A DNA stretch of 51,553 bases from assembly GCA_020048935.1 (NCBI GenBank), contig JAIFLS010000029.1:1-51553 (forward strand), in the 5' to 3' direction. Each line of letters starts with the position of its first letter. The first letter of the stretch is position 1. The stretch comes from a bacterium (GTDB taxonomy: Bacteria > Verrucomicrobiota > Kiritimatiellia > UBA8416). Made by a program: the position numbers and the translations under genes. Shown one piece after another: positions 19,201 to 28,320 of the stretch. A model generated the notes under the pieces. That model had not been told where the DNA came from and did no database searches. It was given only the letters and a program-made list of their open reading frames with translations.

Positions 19201-20062
19201 TGACAAGACCACTGCCGGATCCTTAACCTACAACCTGTATGTCGGAACCAGTATGAATCCTGTTGGTTTACTCAGTCCGCATTCGGATTTGGCGACGGGG
19301 AAACGCCGTGTGTTCTCGACAGGCAACACCGGGCACCGGCGGGAATGGCGTGTGCGGAACCTGCCGGTCGGCGAAACGATAGTTTGGGGGGTCCAGGCGG
19401 TTGATGGGGGCTATGCCGGAAGTCTGTTCACGAATGGAGCGCCCATCGCGGTGCCGGCCTTACCCGACTTCGTGGTCAGTGGCATCCACATCCAGCTTGT
19501 GCCGTTCAGTGCCGCCGTCACGATTCTCAATCAGGGAACGACCGCCGCGAGCGCGGGTCGGCTGTCGGTATGGCTGAATCGTGCGACAGTCCCTGTTGAC
19601 GGCCAGGGGGCCGACGTCACGCAGAGCGTCGGCGAGCTTATGCCAGGGGCAACCAACACGGTGGTCTTCACCAATTTCACGATTCCAACCAATACCGCGA
19701 CCCACGTGTTCCGTGCCTTCATCAATAGCGACCGGGTGGAGGATGAAAGCAACAAGGATAATAACCAACTCGCCCTCACGTATGTTCATACGGTTTATGA
19801 GCCGTTCTGGTTCCGTGCGGTGGCGCTGACAAACAACGTCTACCTGCGCTGGATCAATCCCACTAATATAGGCATGCAATCATCACAGGTGCTCATTCAT
19901 CATGGCACCACCAACTACCCGGCCAGTCCGGCGGAAGGCGCGCCGATTTACCAGGGATCCGCGCAGGTCTATGAACATACCGGCATCACCCCCGGTCATG
20001 TCAATTTCTACACCATCTGGTTGACCAACGACGAGACCAACTGGCTGGATCCGCCGCGGTAG
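16268..20062 (+). CDS. Large secreted multidomain protein: beta-helix-like N-region, 3 Ig-like (choice-of-anchor-D/ASH-like) repeats, 7 FG-GAP/VCBS repeats, FN3, CARDB-like, C-terminal FN3-like module
   Basis: Signal peptide MRNAITITGLLLTACLAVSGQ. Seven WGD(F/C/L)NNDG..DL-type repeats. PPSAPAGL..LRWDAATDD looks like FN3. The C-terminal YLRWINPTNIG...YPASPAEGAPIYQG...FYTIW is shared with the metalloprotease. Confidence 0.85.
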   Translation: MRNAITITGLLLTACLAVSGQVHYVSHWGSHTPPFDSWETAATNVVDALDVASDGAVVWVTNGVYRSGSADVGGLHARAYITRAITLGSINGASHTVLEGAFHSASVPVGSDAVRTLYMTNGVLDGFTLRRGGTAEAGDESAISGGGVYADGGVLRNIRVAGNHGQTAGGAWLQNCSVSNAVFSANLSETGPRVKINRQVFLENCRFNSDGMMFPDARILGTNGVEIVNGDDATSVDLGTHFGQVHAITAAVSHVFMVTNQGVRPLLVSDVAFQGGNTNDWAVLGWPGSGIEPGASAPLTIRFDPQAPGVRRTLLFAFNNDPDDDPYALWLSGEGVQAEMLVLATNDYSVLSNGVVNPLLAQGTDFGDVRLTGDPAANAYIVTNTGSATMHISSIAASQMNASDFSVTDPAAFPVSVAPGGTNTATLVFAPQALGYRATLLRVESDAVNSPYLFGIIGRGVEPEMRVLGTNSAWVVNGDSTPAFADGTDFGLFTAAPIVRTFSITNAGSHLLTLTGTAHVVMRGANPADFTVTAQPVSQIAPASAATFTISFTPLVATSRTAEVFVYSDDVYYTNAVYQFSIRGACDPANLFANIQADVRPASSVAMAWGDFNNDGLADLAVCGNDGSERFTSLNMNLGGGSFSNINAGLPGVDSGQLAWGDCNNDGWLDLAVSGISTSGPLTAVFRNNSDSTFSNIDAGLTGLYAGGLAWGDLDNDGDLDLFVSGYTLSDSASPLYRNNGDETFTLVSTSIPDLRDGQAAWLDADQDGWQDLLVSGQSGEDRIARVYRNISGVLTNQANAGLAGVSHGGFAIADFNNDGMADIATTGYGTEGRLSDVYTYGGSNSLYTITTTSLEPLWLGRAAAGDLDNNGWMDLMLSGEGSGGVRATRLYMNHSGTFSNITSAIPDLRVSSMVFGDYDDDGDLDTAVAGLSATGQFSAIYRNLSAASNQPPSAPAGLMATLTNGNEVALRWDAATDDKTTAGSLTYNLYVGTSMNPVGLLSPHSDLATGKRRVFSTGNTGHRREWRVRNLPVGETIVWGVQAVDGGYAGSLFTNGAPIAVPALPDFVVSGIHIQLVPFSAAVTILNQGTTAASAGRLSVWLNRATVPVDGQGADVTQSVGELMPGATNTVVFTNFTIPTNTATHVFRAFINSDRVEDESNKDNNQLALTYVHTVYEPFWFRAVALTNNVYLRWINPTNIGMQSSQVLIHHGTTNYPASPAEGAPIYQGSAQVYEHTGITPGHVNFYTIWLTNDETNWLDPPR

Positions 20063-20354
20063 GCTCCGGCGTACGTCTTCCCGTGACGGGTAGCGAGGGC
20101 ATGCTCACGGGTGTTTGATGCGTAAGCGGTTGTGCTCATCCGTATCATGACCGCATCGCAACGATAATCGTAATCACAAATCGTAATCACGGTCTTGCCA
20201 TCCTGTTCATGGTCTAGCCCGTCTTTCCGCAAGGCTTTAAGGCGATAATCCCAGCTCCCCAAATTTTCCCGTCATTCCTGAAATATGGCGGATTATGGCT
20301 GTTTTCAGCAGGATAAATGTCAACATCGGAAGGCGACCAGGGCGCGGAGCATCC

Positions 20355-21764
20355 TTAGATGCCGCGGTCGGCCAGGATCTCTAGCTCGGCGGTCGGGACT
20401 TCCTCGATCACCTGCATGCTCATCCAGTTGCCGGCGCGGTAGCGGGCAAGGAATACCGTGCTGGCGATGAGCACATGGCAGACCAGGATGGCCCAGAAGA
20501 CATGGTCGGAGGCCCCCGCGTAGTGCGCGATGAAGGTGGGCAGCACCAGTGTGCCCCAGGAGATCGCCAGGCTGGCCCGCATCGCGAAACGGGTGTCGCC
20601 CGCGCCGCGTATGGCATGGCTGAAGACGATGCAGAAACCGTCGAAGACGAGGTAGGCGGTGATATAGCGCATGTAGACAATGGCGGTTTCGAGGGCCTGG
20701 AGCTGCGAGGGGTCGCCCGGGCGGGCGAACAGGACCAGCAGGGTACGCGGGAAGACCAGCATCCCGAGGCCGACGGCCGCATTGCACAGCAGTGCCAGGA
20801 TCAAGGCGCTGCGAACCGCCCGGCGGGCCTCGTCCAGGTGCCTGCCCCCGATGCCCTGGCCGACCAGGATCGATACGGTCATGCCCAGTCCGATCATCGG
20901 GAGATACACCATGCCGTTGATCGCAAAGGCCATGTTGGCAGCTTCCAGTTCGACGGTCCCCAGCCGTCCCAGCAGGATCACGAAGAGGTTGAAGGCCATC
21001 AGGTCGAGCGCGAACTGGACGCCGTTCGGACTGCCGAAGTGCAGCAGGCGGCGCAGGAGGGGCAGGTCCAGCGTCCGGTGCGGGAACGTTCCGAAGCGCT
21101 TGCGGTTGCCCGCGCTGAAGAACAGTGCCATCGCGATGGCCAGCCCAAGAATGGTGCTTAATCCGGTTGCCAGCCCGGCCCCGAGGATCCCCAGTTCGGG
21201 GCAACCCCAGTGGCCGAAGATCAGCATGTAGTTGAGGATGATGTTGGCGGCGGAGCAAGTCACTTCGATCAACATGACCACGGCCGTTTTGCCCCGTCCG
21301 CTCCAGAAGCTGTTCAGGGCGGCCAGCAGGATCGGGGCGAAACTGAGCCGGGCCAGCGACTCGAAGTAGATGATCTGCTGTTCGATGACTCCCTCGCCGT
21401 GCCCCATCCATTCGAAGATCATGCGGGCGGCCGGCGTGCTCAGCCCCACGACGATCCCCCCGGCCAGGGCGATATAGATCCCTTGCCAGACCGCCAGTCC
21501 CGTGCGCTCCTTCTGGTCCGCGCCCGCGTACTGGGCGACAAACGTCCCCGCGTAGCCGGCCGTGCCCAGGAAGAAGCACATCAGGCAAAAGCATGTCAGT
21601 CCGGCAGGCATGGCGGCCGCGATCGCCTCCTGCGAGTAGCGGGCCAGCATGACCCGGTCTGAAAAGAGACGGATCGCATGCCCCGAAGAGGCCATGATCA
21701 ACGGGAAGGCCACGCGCAGGACCTGCCCGATACCGCCATGTGTCGAGCCGGGGACGTGTATCAT
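20355..21764 (-). CDS. MATE family efflux transporter
   Basis: 469-aa polytopic protein. The N-terminus (QVLRVAFPLIMASSGHAIRLFSDRVMLARYS) and the 12-TM-like hydrophobicity pattern are typical of MATE/NorM. Confidence 0.8.
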   Translation of the reverse strand: MIHVPGSTHGGIGQVLRVAFPLIMASSGHAIRLFSDRVMLARYSQEAIAAAMPAGLTCFCLMCFFLGTAGYAGTFVAQYAGADQKERTGLAVWQGIYIALAGGIVVGLSTPAARMIFEWMGHGEGVIEQQIIYFESLARLSFAPILLAALNSFWSGRGKTAVVMLIEVTCSAANIILNYMLIFGHWGCPELGILGAGLATGLSTILGLAIAMALFFSAGNRKRFGTFPHRTLDLPLLRRLLHFGSPNGVQFALDLMAFNLFVILLGRLGTVELEAANMAFAINGMVYLPMIGLGMTVSILVGQGIGGRHLDEARRAVRSALILALLCNAAVGLGMLVFPRTLLVLFARPGDPSQLQALETAIVYMRYITAYLVFDGFCIVFSHAIRGAGDTRFAMRASLAISWGTLVLPTFIAHYAGASDHVFWAILVCHVLIASTVFLARYRAGNWMSMQVIEEVPTAELEILADRGI

Positions 21765-21787
21765 GCCATACGACGGAGTAGATGGTT

Positions 21788-22468
21788 TCAGTAGGTGGTG
21801 ATGATCACGTTTTCCAGTGCCACGTAGTAGGGGTTGTCGGTGGTGAAGTCGCTGCGATCCTCTTCCCCGATGTAGAGGTCGATGCGGAAATCGCCGCCGG
21901 TGCCAGCCTCGAAATGATCCTGGACATCCCAGGTGATGGCAAGCAGCTTCTTGGAGGCAGTGGAACTGATCTCGGCACCGCCGCTCTCTAACAGGGGCTC
22001 CTTCAGCTTGAACCGGGTTCCGCGCGCGAGCACGCCGTCATCGGCGGCGGCGGTGAGGAACGGCAGCAGGGGGGCACCATAGGCATCGGAGGCGAACTCG
22101 CTGAGCCAGAAATCGCCAACGAACGATCCGTTCAGGTACTTGCCGACATATGTGCCCGAGGTGATCCTTCCCGAACCTTGCATCCGCACGGCACCGATGA
22201 AGCTCTCGGGGTACGACCCGAGCAGCACGCGGCCCGATTCGCCTCCGATGGTCGTGTAGCCCCAGACGTCCTGCGACGGGCCGCCGTGGTAGACCTCGAC
22301 CGGGGTATAATAGGCGGTGACGTAGTAGCGCCCCGGAAGCTCGTTGCCGGGATCCGAGGTGTTCTTGTCATCATCATCATCCTCGCAACCGGTCCAGAGA
22401 ATCGAGCTCGCCAGCAAGGCCCCGAAGGCCAGCATCTGCAAGGATAACTTACGAATGCCAGTTTTCAT
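21788..22468 (-). CDS. Lipoprotein, probable 3D-domain / MltA-like (double-psi beta-barrel) protein
   Basis: Lipobox SSILWTGC followed by an acidic linker. The ..AVRMQGSGRI... AAADDGVLARGTRFKL... IDLYIGEED pattern is compatible with a 3D domain. The assignment is tentative. Confidence 0.55.
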   Translation of the reverse strand: MKTGIRKLSLQMLAFGALLASSILWTGCEDDDDDKNTSDPGNELPGRYYVTAYYTPVEVYHGGPSQDVWGYTTIGGESGRVLLGSYPESFIGAVRMQGSGRITSGTYVGKYLNGSFVGDFWLSEFASDAYGAPLLPFLTAAADDGVLARGTRFKLKEPLLESGGAEISSTASKKLLAITWDVQDHFEAGTGGDFRIDLYIGEEDRSDFTTDNPYYVALENVIITTY

Positions 22469-22745
22469 GTTCTACACCAATTTTCTTTTTCCGGCGTTGC
22501 GCGGTAGCCGCGCAAAAAGCCCCGAGTCCAACCCTCAAGAGATCACAGAAGGTGCGGACTATAACGATTTTCCCGAAGTTGCGCAAACGAAATATGCGGT
22601 AAACGCGATGGTGGGTGTGGCAGGGCTTGATTTTCATGCTTCCCGAGTATAACGTAAGGCATCTTTCGTTGGTACGGGCGGTGGCCGCGATGGTGGCCGT
22701 CCAGATCGTGTGGTGTGTCAGGCAGGATAGAAACCGGGGCGGACA

Positions 22746-24110
22746 ATGAATGTTTTATGCATAGGGGCGGGATATGTAGGCGGGCCGACGATGGCGATGA
22801 TCGCCAGGAAATGCCCGGAGGTCAGGGTCACGGTGGTGGATATCAACGTGGAGCGGATAGCCCAGTGGCAGTCGGGCAGCCTGCCGATCTACGAGCCGGG
22901 ACTCAAGGAGGTGGTTGACGAGTGCCTCAACCGCAACCTGTTCTTCAGCACGGATGTCGACCGCGCGATTGCCGAGGCGGACATGATCTTCGTGAGCGTC
23001 AACACGCCGACCAAGACCTTCGGCCAGGGGGCGGGCCGGGCGGCGGACCTGCAGTACTGGGAGAAGACCGCCCGGCAGATCCTGGCCAATTCGACAACGG
23101 ACAAGATCGTGGTGGAAAAGAGCACGCTGCCGGTGCGCACGGCCGCCGCGATGCAGCGCATCCTCGATTCCGGTCCCGGCACGGTCAAGTTCGAGGTGCT
23201 CTCCAATCCCGAGTTCCTGGCGGAGGGAACCGCCATCGCGGACCTCCAGAATCCGGACCGCGTATTGATAGGCGGGCACGCGACGGAGGCGGGCCGCCGG
23301 GCCGTGGCCGCGCTGGTGGATCTGTATGCACACTGGGTTCCGCGCGAGCGGATCCTGACGACGAATGTCTGGTCGGCGGAGCTCTCGAAGCTGGCCGCCA
23401 ACGCATTCCTGGCCCAGCGGGTCAGCTCCATCAATGCGCTGTCCGCGTTGTGCGAGGCGACTGAGGCCGATGTTGGCGAGGTGGCTCGGGCGATCGGCAT
23501 GGATTCGCGGATCGGGCCGAGATTCCTGAACGCGAGCGTCGGGTTCGGCGGGTCCTGTTTCAAGAAGGACATCCTGAACCTCGTCTACCTGTGCGAGTCC
23601 TACGGGCTGGCGGAATCGGCGGCCTACTGGCAGCAGGTTGTCTCGATGAACGATTGGCAGCAGGACCGTTTCGTACGGAACATGGTCGGACGGATGTTCA
23701 ACACGGTTTCGGGCAAGCGGGTCGCTCTGTTCGGTTTCGCCTTCAAGAAGGACACGGGCGACACGCGGGAGAGCCCGGCTATCCGCGTGGCGCGCCAGCT
23801 TGTCGAGGAGCGCGCGCAGGTCGTGGTCACCGACCCGAAAGCGCTCAAGAATGCGGCATCGGATCTGCGTGACCTGGGCGACCGGGTTATCTTCGAGCCG
23901 GATCCCTACGCGGCGGCGGCGGGGGCGCATGCGATCGCGCTAATGACCGAATGGGACTGCTACGCGGCGCTGGACTACCGGCGGATCTACGCGGGCATGA
24001 TGAAGCCGGCCTTTGTCTTCGATGGGCGCAACCGCCTGGACCACCAGGCCCTCTACGAAATCGGGTTCAATGTTTGCGGGATCGGCAAGACGCCATTGAG
24101 TGATTTGTAG
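22746..24110 (+). CDS. ugd: UDP-glucose 6-dehydrogenase (eukaryote-like UGDH type)
   Basis: [57 protein letters not shown] (catalytic Cys), [15 protein letters not shown]. Confidence 0.9.
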   Translation: MNVLCIGAGYVGGPTMAMIARKCPEVRVTVVDINVERIAQWQSGSLPIYEPGLKEVVDECLNRNLFFSTDVDRAIAEADMIFVSVNTPTKTFGQGAGRAADLQYWEKTARQILANSTTDKIVVEKSTLPVRTAAAMQRILDSGPGTVKFEVLSNPEFLAEGTAIADLQNPDRVLIGGHATEAGRRAVAALVDLYAHWVPRERILTTNVWSAELSKLAANAFLAQRVSSINALSALCEATEADVGEVARAIGMDSRIGPRFLNASVGFGGSCFKKDILNLVYLCESYGLAESAAYWQQVVSMNDWQQDRFVRNMVGRMFNTVSGKRVALFGFAFKKDTGDTRESPAIRVARQLVEERAQVVVTDPKALKNAASDLRDLGDRVIFEPDPYAAAAGAHAIALMTEWDCYAALDYRRIYAGMMKPAFVFDGRNRLDHQALYEIGFNVCGIGKTPLSDL

Positions 24111-24144
24111 GACCGGGGCGTGAAAGAGGGCTTGCGGATATCCG

Positions 24145-25827
24145 GTGATGATGGTTTGGTTTTCCACTATAAGCAAAAAATCGAGGTGGTCAGTGATAGA
24201 GAGCGTGGCAGGGCTTTACGGTGTATTGGCGGGGTTGGGCCTCTTCTTTGGTGTGGCGGTGGCCTGTGTTGGCGGCGAGGCGTTGCAGGTGCGTATTCCG
24301 CAGCTTGCCCAGTCGGTTCGGAACGCTGAGGCGATCGAATCTCTCGAGGTGGTGCCGGATCGCGATAAGGCCGATATCACGGTTCCTCAGCCGGTGGCGG
24401 TGCCGGAACTGCGCGAGGCGGAGTCCAGTGCATCGGCACTCAAGGCGCGTATCACCTTGCTGGAGATGGAGGTGCGGACTGCCAAAAAGTCGCTCGAGAC
24501 CTTTCAGGCAGAGGCGGAACTGAAGCTCAACGACCTGCTGGATGCGATTGAGGCAGACAAGAAGCGCCAGACGGAAGTCGAGGCCCGGTTGCAGGTGGCG
24601 TCGGACGCGCTGGAAGCCCAGAAGACAGCGTCGACGGAAGCGCTGGACGCGCAGAAGGCATCGTCGGCCGAGGTTTTGGCCGAGTTGCAGCGGCAACTCG
24701 AGGAGGCGGCAGCGAAACTGGCGGAGGAGCGACGTCTGGCCGAGGCGGCGGCCGTGCTGCAGAAATTGCGCGAGGCCGATCTGCAGGCGCGCGTCGAGCA
24801 CATGATGGCGGCGGGGGAAGGTGCTCAACTTCAGGTATCCTCGCTGGAGCAGACGCTGGAGCAACTTCGGGGGCAGTTTGACGCGGTGACGGCGCGGCTG
24901 CCGGTCCGCGAACTGGAGATAGAGCGTGAGATCGACCGCATCGACCAGGCCTCGCTGGCGCTTGCGCTTGACGAGATCGAGCGCCTGGAACTGGAGCAGG
25001 CTGCAGGTGACGCGGTGGTCTTGCAGCAGCAGGCCCTGTTGCAGGAGCAGATCGAGGCGCTACAGAAACAGGCGGCTGAGTCGGGCGAGGCCCTGGCTAG
25101 CGCCGCGCGCGAACTCGAGGGGGAGCGGCGGTTGAGTTTCGAGCTGGAAGCGAGATCCAAGGTGCAATCGAAATCACTCGAGGAGACCGGCGCGATGCTC
25201 GCAGAGGCCAAGGCGGCCCTGGCGCGGCATTACGACTCCATTCGCGAACAACTGCAGGCGGGCTCGAGCATGCGCCTGGAGGACGGTGTGAAGGGGGGCG
25301 AGGGGGAGAAGCTGTTCACGCTATCGACGGACCTGGTTCCACTGATCGGTCAACTGGATGCGGCCACCGCCACGGCGATAGCCGACGTCAAGGCACTGCG
25401 CGAGCAGCTTGAGCGCGAGCGAGCCTTTTTCGCGGCTGCTGCGGTGGAGAAGGACTCCGAGCTGTCGGCCGTGCGGGCCGAGCTGGTGGAGATGCAGCAG
25501 CGGGTAAAGGCGATCTCGGAAGACGCATCCGCTCGCGCCACCGAGATGGAATCGGCGCATGCGGCCGCGCTGGCGGCCATGACGGAGGAGCATGCCCTGT
25601 GCATAGCTGGCCTGAAAGGCGAGCTTGATGGATTGAGGAAAGCGGTGAAAGTCCGCGATCGTGAAATCGGGATGCTGGAGAATGATCTGAAGGCCGAGCG
25701 CGACAGCACGGTACGGGTGCTGGACGATGTGCGCGAGACCGAAGCGACCCTCACCGCGAGGATGCGCGAGCTGGAAACCGAGTTCGCTCTGCCGGATACC
25801 GACGTCCCCCGCCGCGAACAACCGTGA
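24145..25827 (+). CDS. Membrane-anchored long coiled-coil protein (Ala/Glu/Leu-rich)
   Basis: N-terminal TM segment VAGLYGVLAGLGLFFGVAVACVG followed by ~480 aa of heptad-like A/E/L/Q/R sequence. The start codon is uncertain. Confidence 0.6.
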   Translation: MMMVWFSTISKKSRWSVIESVAGLYGVLAGLGLFFGVAVACVGGEALQVRIPQLAQSVRNAEAIESLEVVPDRDKADITVPQPVAVPELREAESSASALKARITLLEMEVRTAKKSLETFQAEAELKLNDLLDAIEADKKRQTEVEARLQVASDALEAQKTASTEALDAQKASSAEVLAELQRQLEEAAAKLAEERRLAEAAAVLQKLREADLQARVEHMMAAGEGAQLQVSSLEQTLEQLRGQFDAVTARLPVRELEIEREIDRIDQASLALALDEIERLELEQAAGDAVVLQQQALLQEQIEALQKQAAESGEALASAARELEGERRLSFELEARSKVQSKSLEETGAMLAEAKAALARHYDSIREQLQAGSSMRLEDGVKGGEGEKLFTLSTDLVPLIGQLDAATATAIADVKALREQLERERAFFAAAAVEKDSELSAVRAELVEMQQRVKAISEDASARATEMESAHAAALAAMTEEHALCIAGLKGELDGLRKAVKVRDREIGMLENDLKAERDSTVRVLDDVRETEATLTARMRELETEFALPDTDVPRREQP

Positions 25828-25892
25828 CGGGACCTCTTCCTCGATACGGTCTTCGGTTAGATCGTGCATCATCAACAACGAAAGTGTAGTCC

Positions 25893-26969
25893 ATGAAGAA
25901 GATGTCATCCAAGGAAAGAGTTCTTGCCACACTGGCGCGACAGGAGCCGGATCGGGTTCCGATCAATTATGAGGCGAATCCCGGAATTGACCAGCGGTTG
26001 AAGACGCATTTTGGCTTGGACCCCAAGGCGGGCGTTGCCTTGAGGGATCGGCTGGGAGTGGATTTCCGTGGTGTGGGAGCTCGCTACACGGGTGCGCGTC
26101 TCCACCCGGAAATTCCCGGGCGCAATGTGTGCGCAACGTGGGGCTGGCGCACCCGTTATGTTGAGCACGGCACAGGCGGCTACTGGGATTACTGCGATTT
26201 CCCGCTGGTGGCTGCCGATGTGGAAACCGTAGCCAAGTGGCCCATGCCCTCTCCAGACGATTACGATTATTCCAATATCGCCAAGGCCTGCGAGGAAAAG
26301 AAGGAATATGCGGTTTACATCGGTAATCCCGGCCTGGCCTGCATCATGAATACGGCCGGTTTCCTGCGTTCCATGGAGCAGATGTTTGTGGATCTTGCGT
26401 TGGATGAGCCGGCCGGGTTGTTGATGATTGACCGGATGCTGGCCGTCCAGTTGGAAGTGGCGCGACGAGAGCTTGAGGCGGCCAAGGGTGGCGTTGACTT
26501 CATGTGGATCGGCGAGGATCTGGGAACCCAGCATACTCCGTTGATCAGCATGGAGACCTTCCAGAAGCACATCAAGCCGAGGCATAAACCCTTTTTCGAC
26601 CTGGCCAAGGCCTATAACCTCCCCGTCATGATGCACACGTGCGGCTCCAGCAGTTGGGCCTATGATGAATACATTTCCATGGGACTGACCGCCGCCGACA
26701 CCTTACAGCCGGAAGCAACCAACATGTCGCCAGCCTATCTGAAGAAAACCTTTGGGGACCGGCTTGCGTTTCACGGCTGCATCAGCACCGCTGGCCCGGT
26801 TTCCTTCGGAACAGTCGACGATGTAGTGGCCGATTGCCGTAGGACCCTCGAGATCATGATGCCTGGCGGCGGTTATTGCTTCTCGCCGACTCATAGCCTG
26901 CAGGACAACTCCCCGACGGAGAATGTCGTCGCCATGTACGACACCGCTCACCAGTTCGGAGTGTATTAG
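25893..26969 (+). CDS. Uroporphyrinogen decarboxylase (URO-D) family protein, MtaA/CmuA-like
   Basis: SSKERVLATLARQEPDRVPINYE.., ..FMWIGEDLGTQ..., MMHTCGSS..., ADTLQPEA.. is the URO-D-like pattern. Confidence 0.75.
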   Translation: MKKMSSKERVLATLARQEPDRVPINYEANPGIDQRLKTHFGLDPKAGVALRDRLGVDFRGVGARYTGARLHPEIPGRNVCATWGWRTRYVEHGTGGYWDYCDFPLVAADVETVAKWPMPSPDDYDYSNIAKACEEKKEYAVYIGNPGLACIMNTAGFLRSMEQMFVDLALDEPAGLLMIDRMLAVQLEVARRELEAAKGGVDFMWIGEDLGTQHTPLISMETFQKHIKPRHKPFFDLAKAYNLPVMMHTCGSSSWAYDEYISMGLTAADTLQPEATNMSPAYLKKTFGDRLAFHGCISTAGPVSFGTVDDVVADCRRTLEIMMPGGGYCFSPTHSLQDNSPTENVVAMYDTAHQFGVY

Positions 26970-27035
26970 ATCATTGGCGCCTATCTTGACGGTTTCGGGC
27001 CGTTCGCGCGATGAATGGTCATGTCGGCGGCCTCC

Positions 27036-28223
27036 TTATCGGATTGAGAACGGTTGCCGGGTGACTTCCGCGACCTTGGCCTCATCCAGTTCGACGCCGA
27101 GGCCGGGGCCGGTCGGGACCGGCAGGCAGCCGTCCTCGTCGAGCGGCAGCGAGAGCGCCCGGTCGAGATCGCCCTTGAGCAGGGGCCCATGAAGGCCCAG
27201 CTCCGTGAACTCGACCGCGCCGGTGAACCGCTTCACGGCGGCGGCAAAATGGAGCTTGGCGGCAATCTTGGGGCCTAGGCCGAAGGCGGTGCCGAGAACG
27301 GATTCGAGGCCGGCGGCCTCGGCGATCTCGGCGATCAGCATGGCATTGGCGAGCCCCCCCGCCTTACCGATCTTGATGTTGAGCACGTCGGCGGCCTCGG
27401 CACGGATAACGGCTTCGGCGTCGTGCGGGCCGAAGCAGCTCTCGTCCGCCTCGATCTTGATGTTGACCGCCCGGCGCACCTCGGCCATGCCGGGCAGGTC
27501 CCAGGCCTCGCAGGGCTGTTCGAGCAGTTCGAGATTGACCTCGTACTTCTCGGCCAGGCGGCAAAGCTCGATCGCCTCGGCGGGCGTGTAGCCGCGATTG
27601 GCATCGGCCCGCAGCGAGATATCCGGCCCCACGGCCTCGCGGATGGCTCGCAACCGGTCGGCGTCCTTGGCGGGGATGCTGCCGATCTTCGGCTTGAACG
27701 CCTTGACGTTCATCTTCATGTACTTCAGGCATTCGGCCGCCATGTCATCCGGCGAGCCGCCGGCAATCTCGATCGCTACCGGGATGCGGGTGCGCCGGGC
27801 CCCGCCGAGCAGTTCGCTGACCGAAATGCCGCGTATCTTGCCGACCAGGTCGTGCAGCGCGAGGTCGATGCCCGACTTGGCGCACGAGTTCTCGCGGTAG
27901 TCGATCAGGTCCATCAGGCCGGGGATGTCGAACGGCTCCTTGCCGACAAGCTGCGGTCCGAGGTAGTCGTCGATCGCCACCTGGATGGCCTCCATGGTCT
28001 GGCCGAAGAAACCGATATCGGCCGGGGCCTCCCCGATCCCGCTGACTCCCTCGTCGGTCTCGATATGGACCAGCACGTACTCCAGGATCGGCGAAGGCCG
28101 TTTCGGCGACACACGACTGAGGCGTCCGCCCCACTCGCGCTTCGTCCCCGCCCAGTCGGAGTTGTAGAAGAAGCAGCTCAGGGGAATACGGATCGGGGTT
28201 GTATAAATGCGGGTGATTTTCAT
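27036..28223 (-). CDS. Enolase-superfamily enzyme (mandelate racemase/muconate lactonizing enzyme family)
   Basis: MKITRIYTTPIRIPL.., VKAFKPKIG, LRADANRGYTPAEAIELCR, LELLEQPC, IEADES are the metal- and acid/base-ligand motifs of MR/MLE. Confidence 0.85.
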   Translation of the reverse strand: MKITRIYTTPIRIPLSCFFYNSDWAGTKREWGGRLSRVSPKRPSPILEYVLVHIETDEGVSGIGEAPADIGFFGQTMEAIQVAIDDYLGPQLVGKEPFDIPGLMDLIDYRENSCAKSGIDLALHDLVGKIRGISVSELLGGARRTRIPVAIEIAGGSPDDMAAECLKYMKMNVKAFKPKIGSIPAKDADRLRAIREAVGPDISLRADANRGYTPAEAIELCRLAEKYEVNLELLEQPCEAWDLPGMAEVRRAVNIKIEADESCFGPHDAEAVIRAEAADVLNIKIGKAGGLANAMLIAEIAEAAGLESVLGTAFGLGPKIAAKLHFAAAVKRFTGAVEFTELGLHGPLLKGDLDRALSLPLDEDGCLPVPTGPGLGVELDEAKVAEVTRQPFSIR

Positions 28224-28320
28224 AGCGTGTGCATTCCTTTTTACATTCCGGCTGAAGCCTGTACTATGAGCAAGGAGAACCCTGTTTTACGGTGTTTGTC
28301 GTTCCGCCTTCAGGCGGCAG

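Noticed and set aside
20008-20262. 84-aa minus-strand ORF (..WDYRLKALRKDGLDHEQDGKTVITICDYDYRCDAVMIRM..) in the gap after the 1264-aa gene
   Set aside because: It overlaps the 3' end of the large gene, has no RBS, and contains no motif I can place. It could be a decayed small gene, but it is unsupported.
20320-21594. 424-aa minus-strand ORF and the plus-strand ORFs 20475..21161 and 20680..21231
   Set aside because: These are alternative frames or strands of the MATE transporter gene. The translations are Arg/Pro/Gly-rich with no motifs, while the MATE frame gives a coherent polytopic protein.
22497-22515. Hairpin ttgcgcgg-tag-ccgcgcaa in the divergent region upstream of ugd, considered as a terminator
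   Set aside because: A T-run precedes the stem and an A-run follows it on the plus strand, which is the wrong polarity for either strand. It lies between divergent starts, so there is nothing to terminate.
22755-23930. 391-aa ORF antisense to ugd
   Set aside because: This is a shadow ORF; the ugd frame matches UGDH motifs along its whole length.
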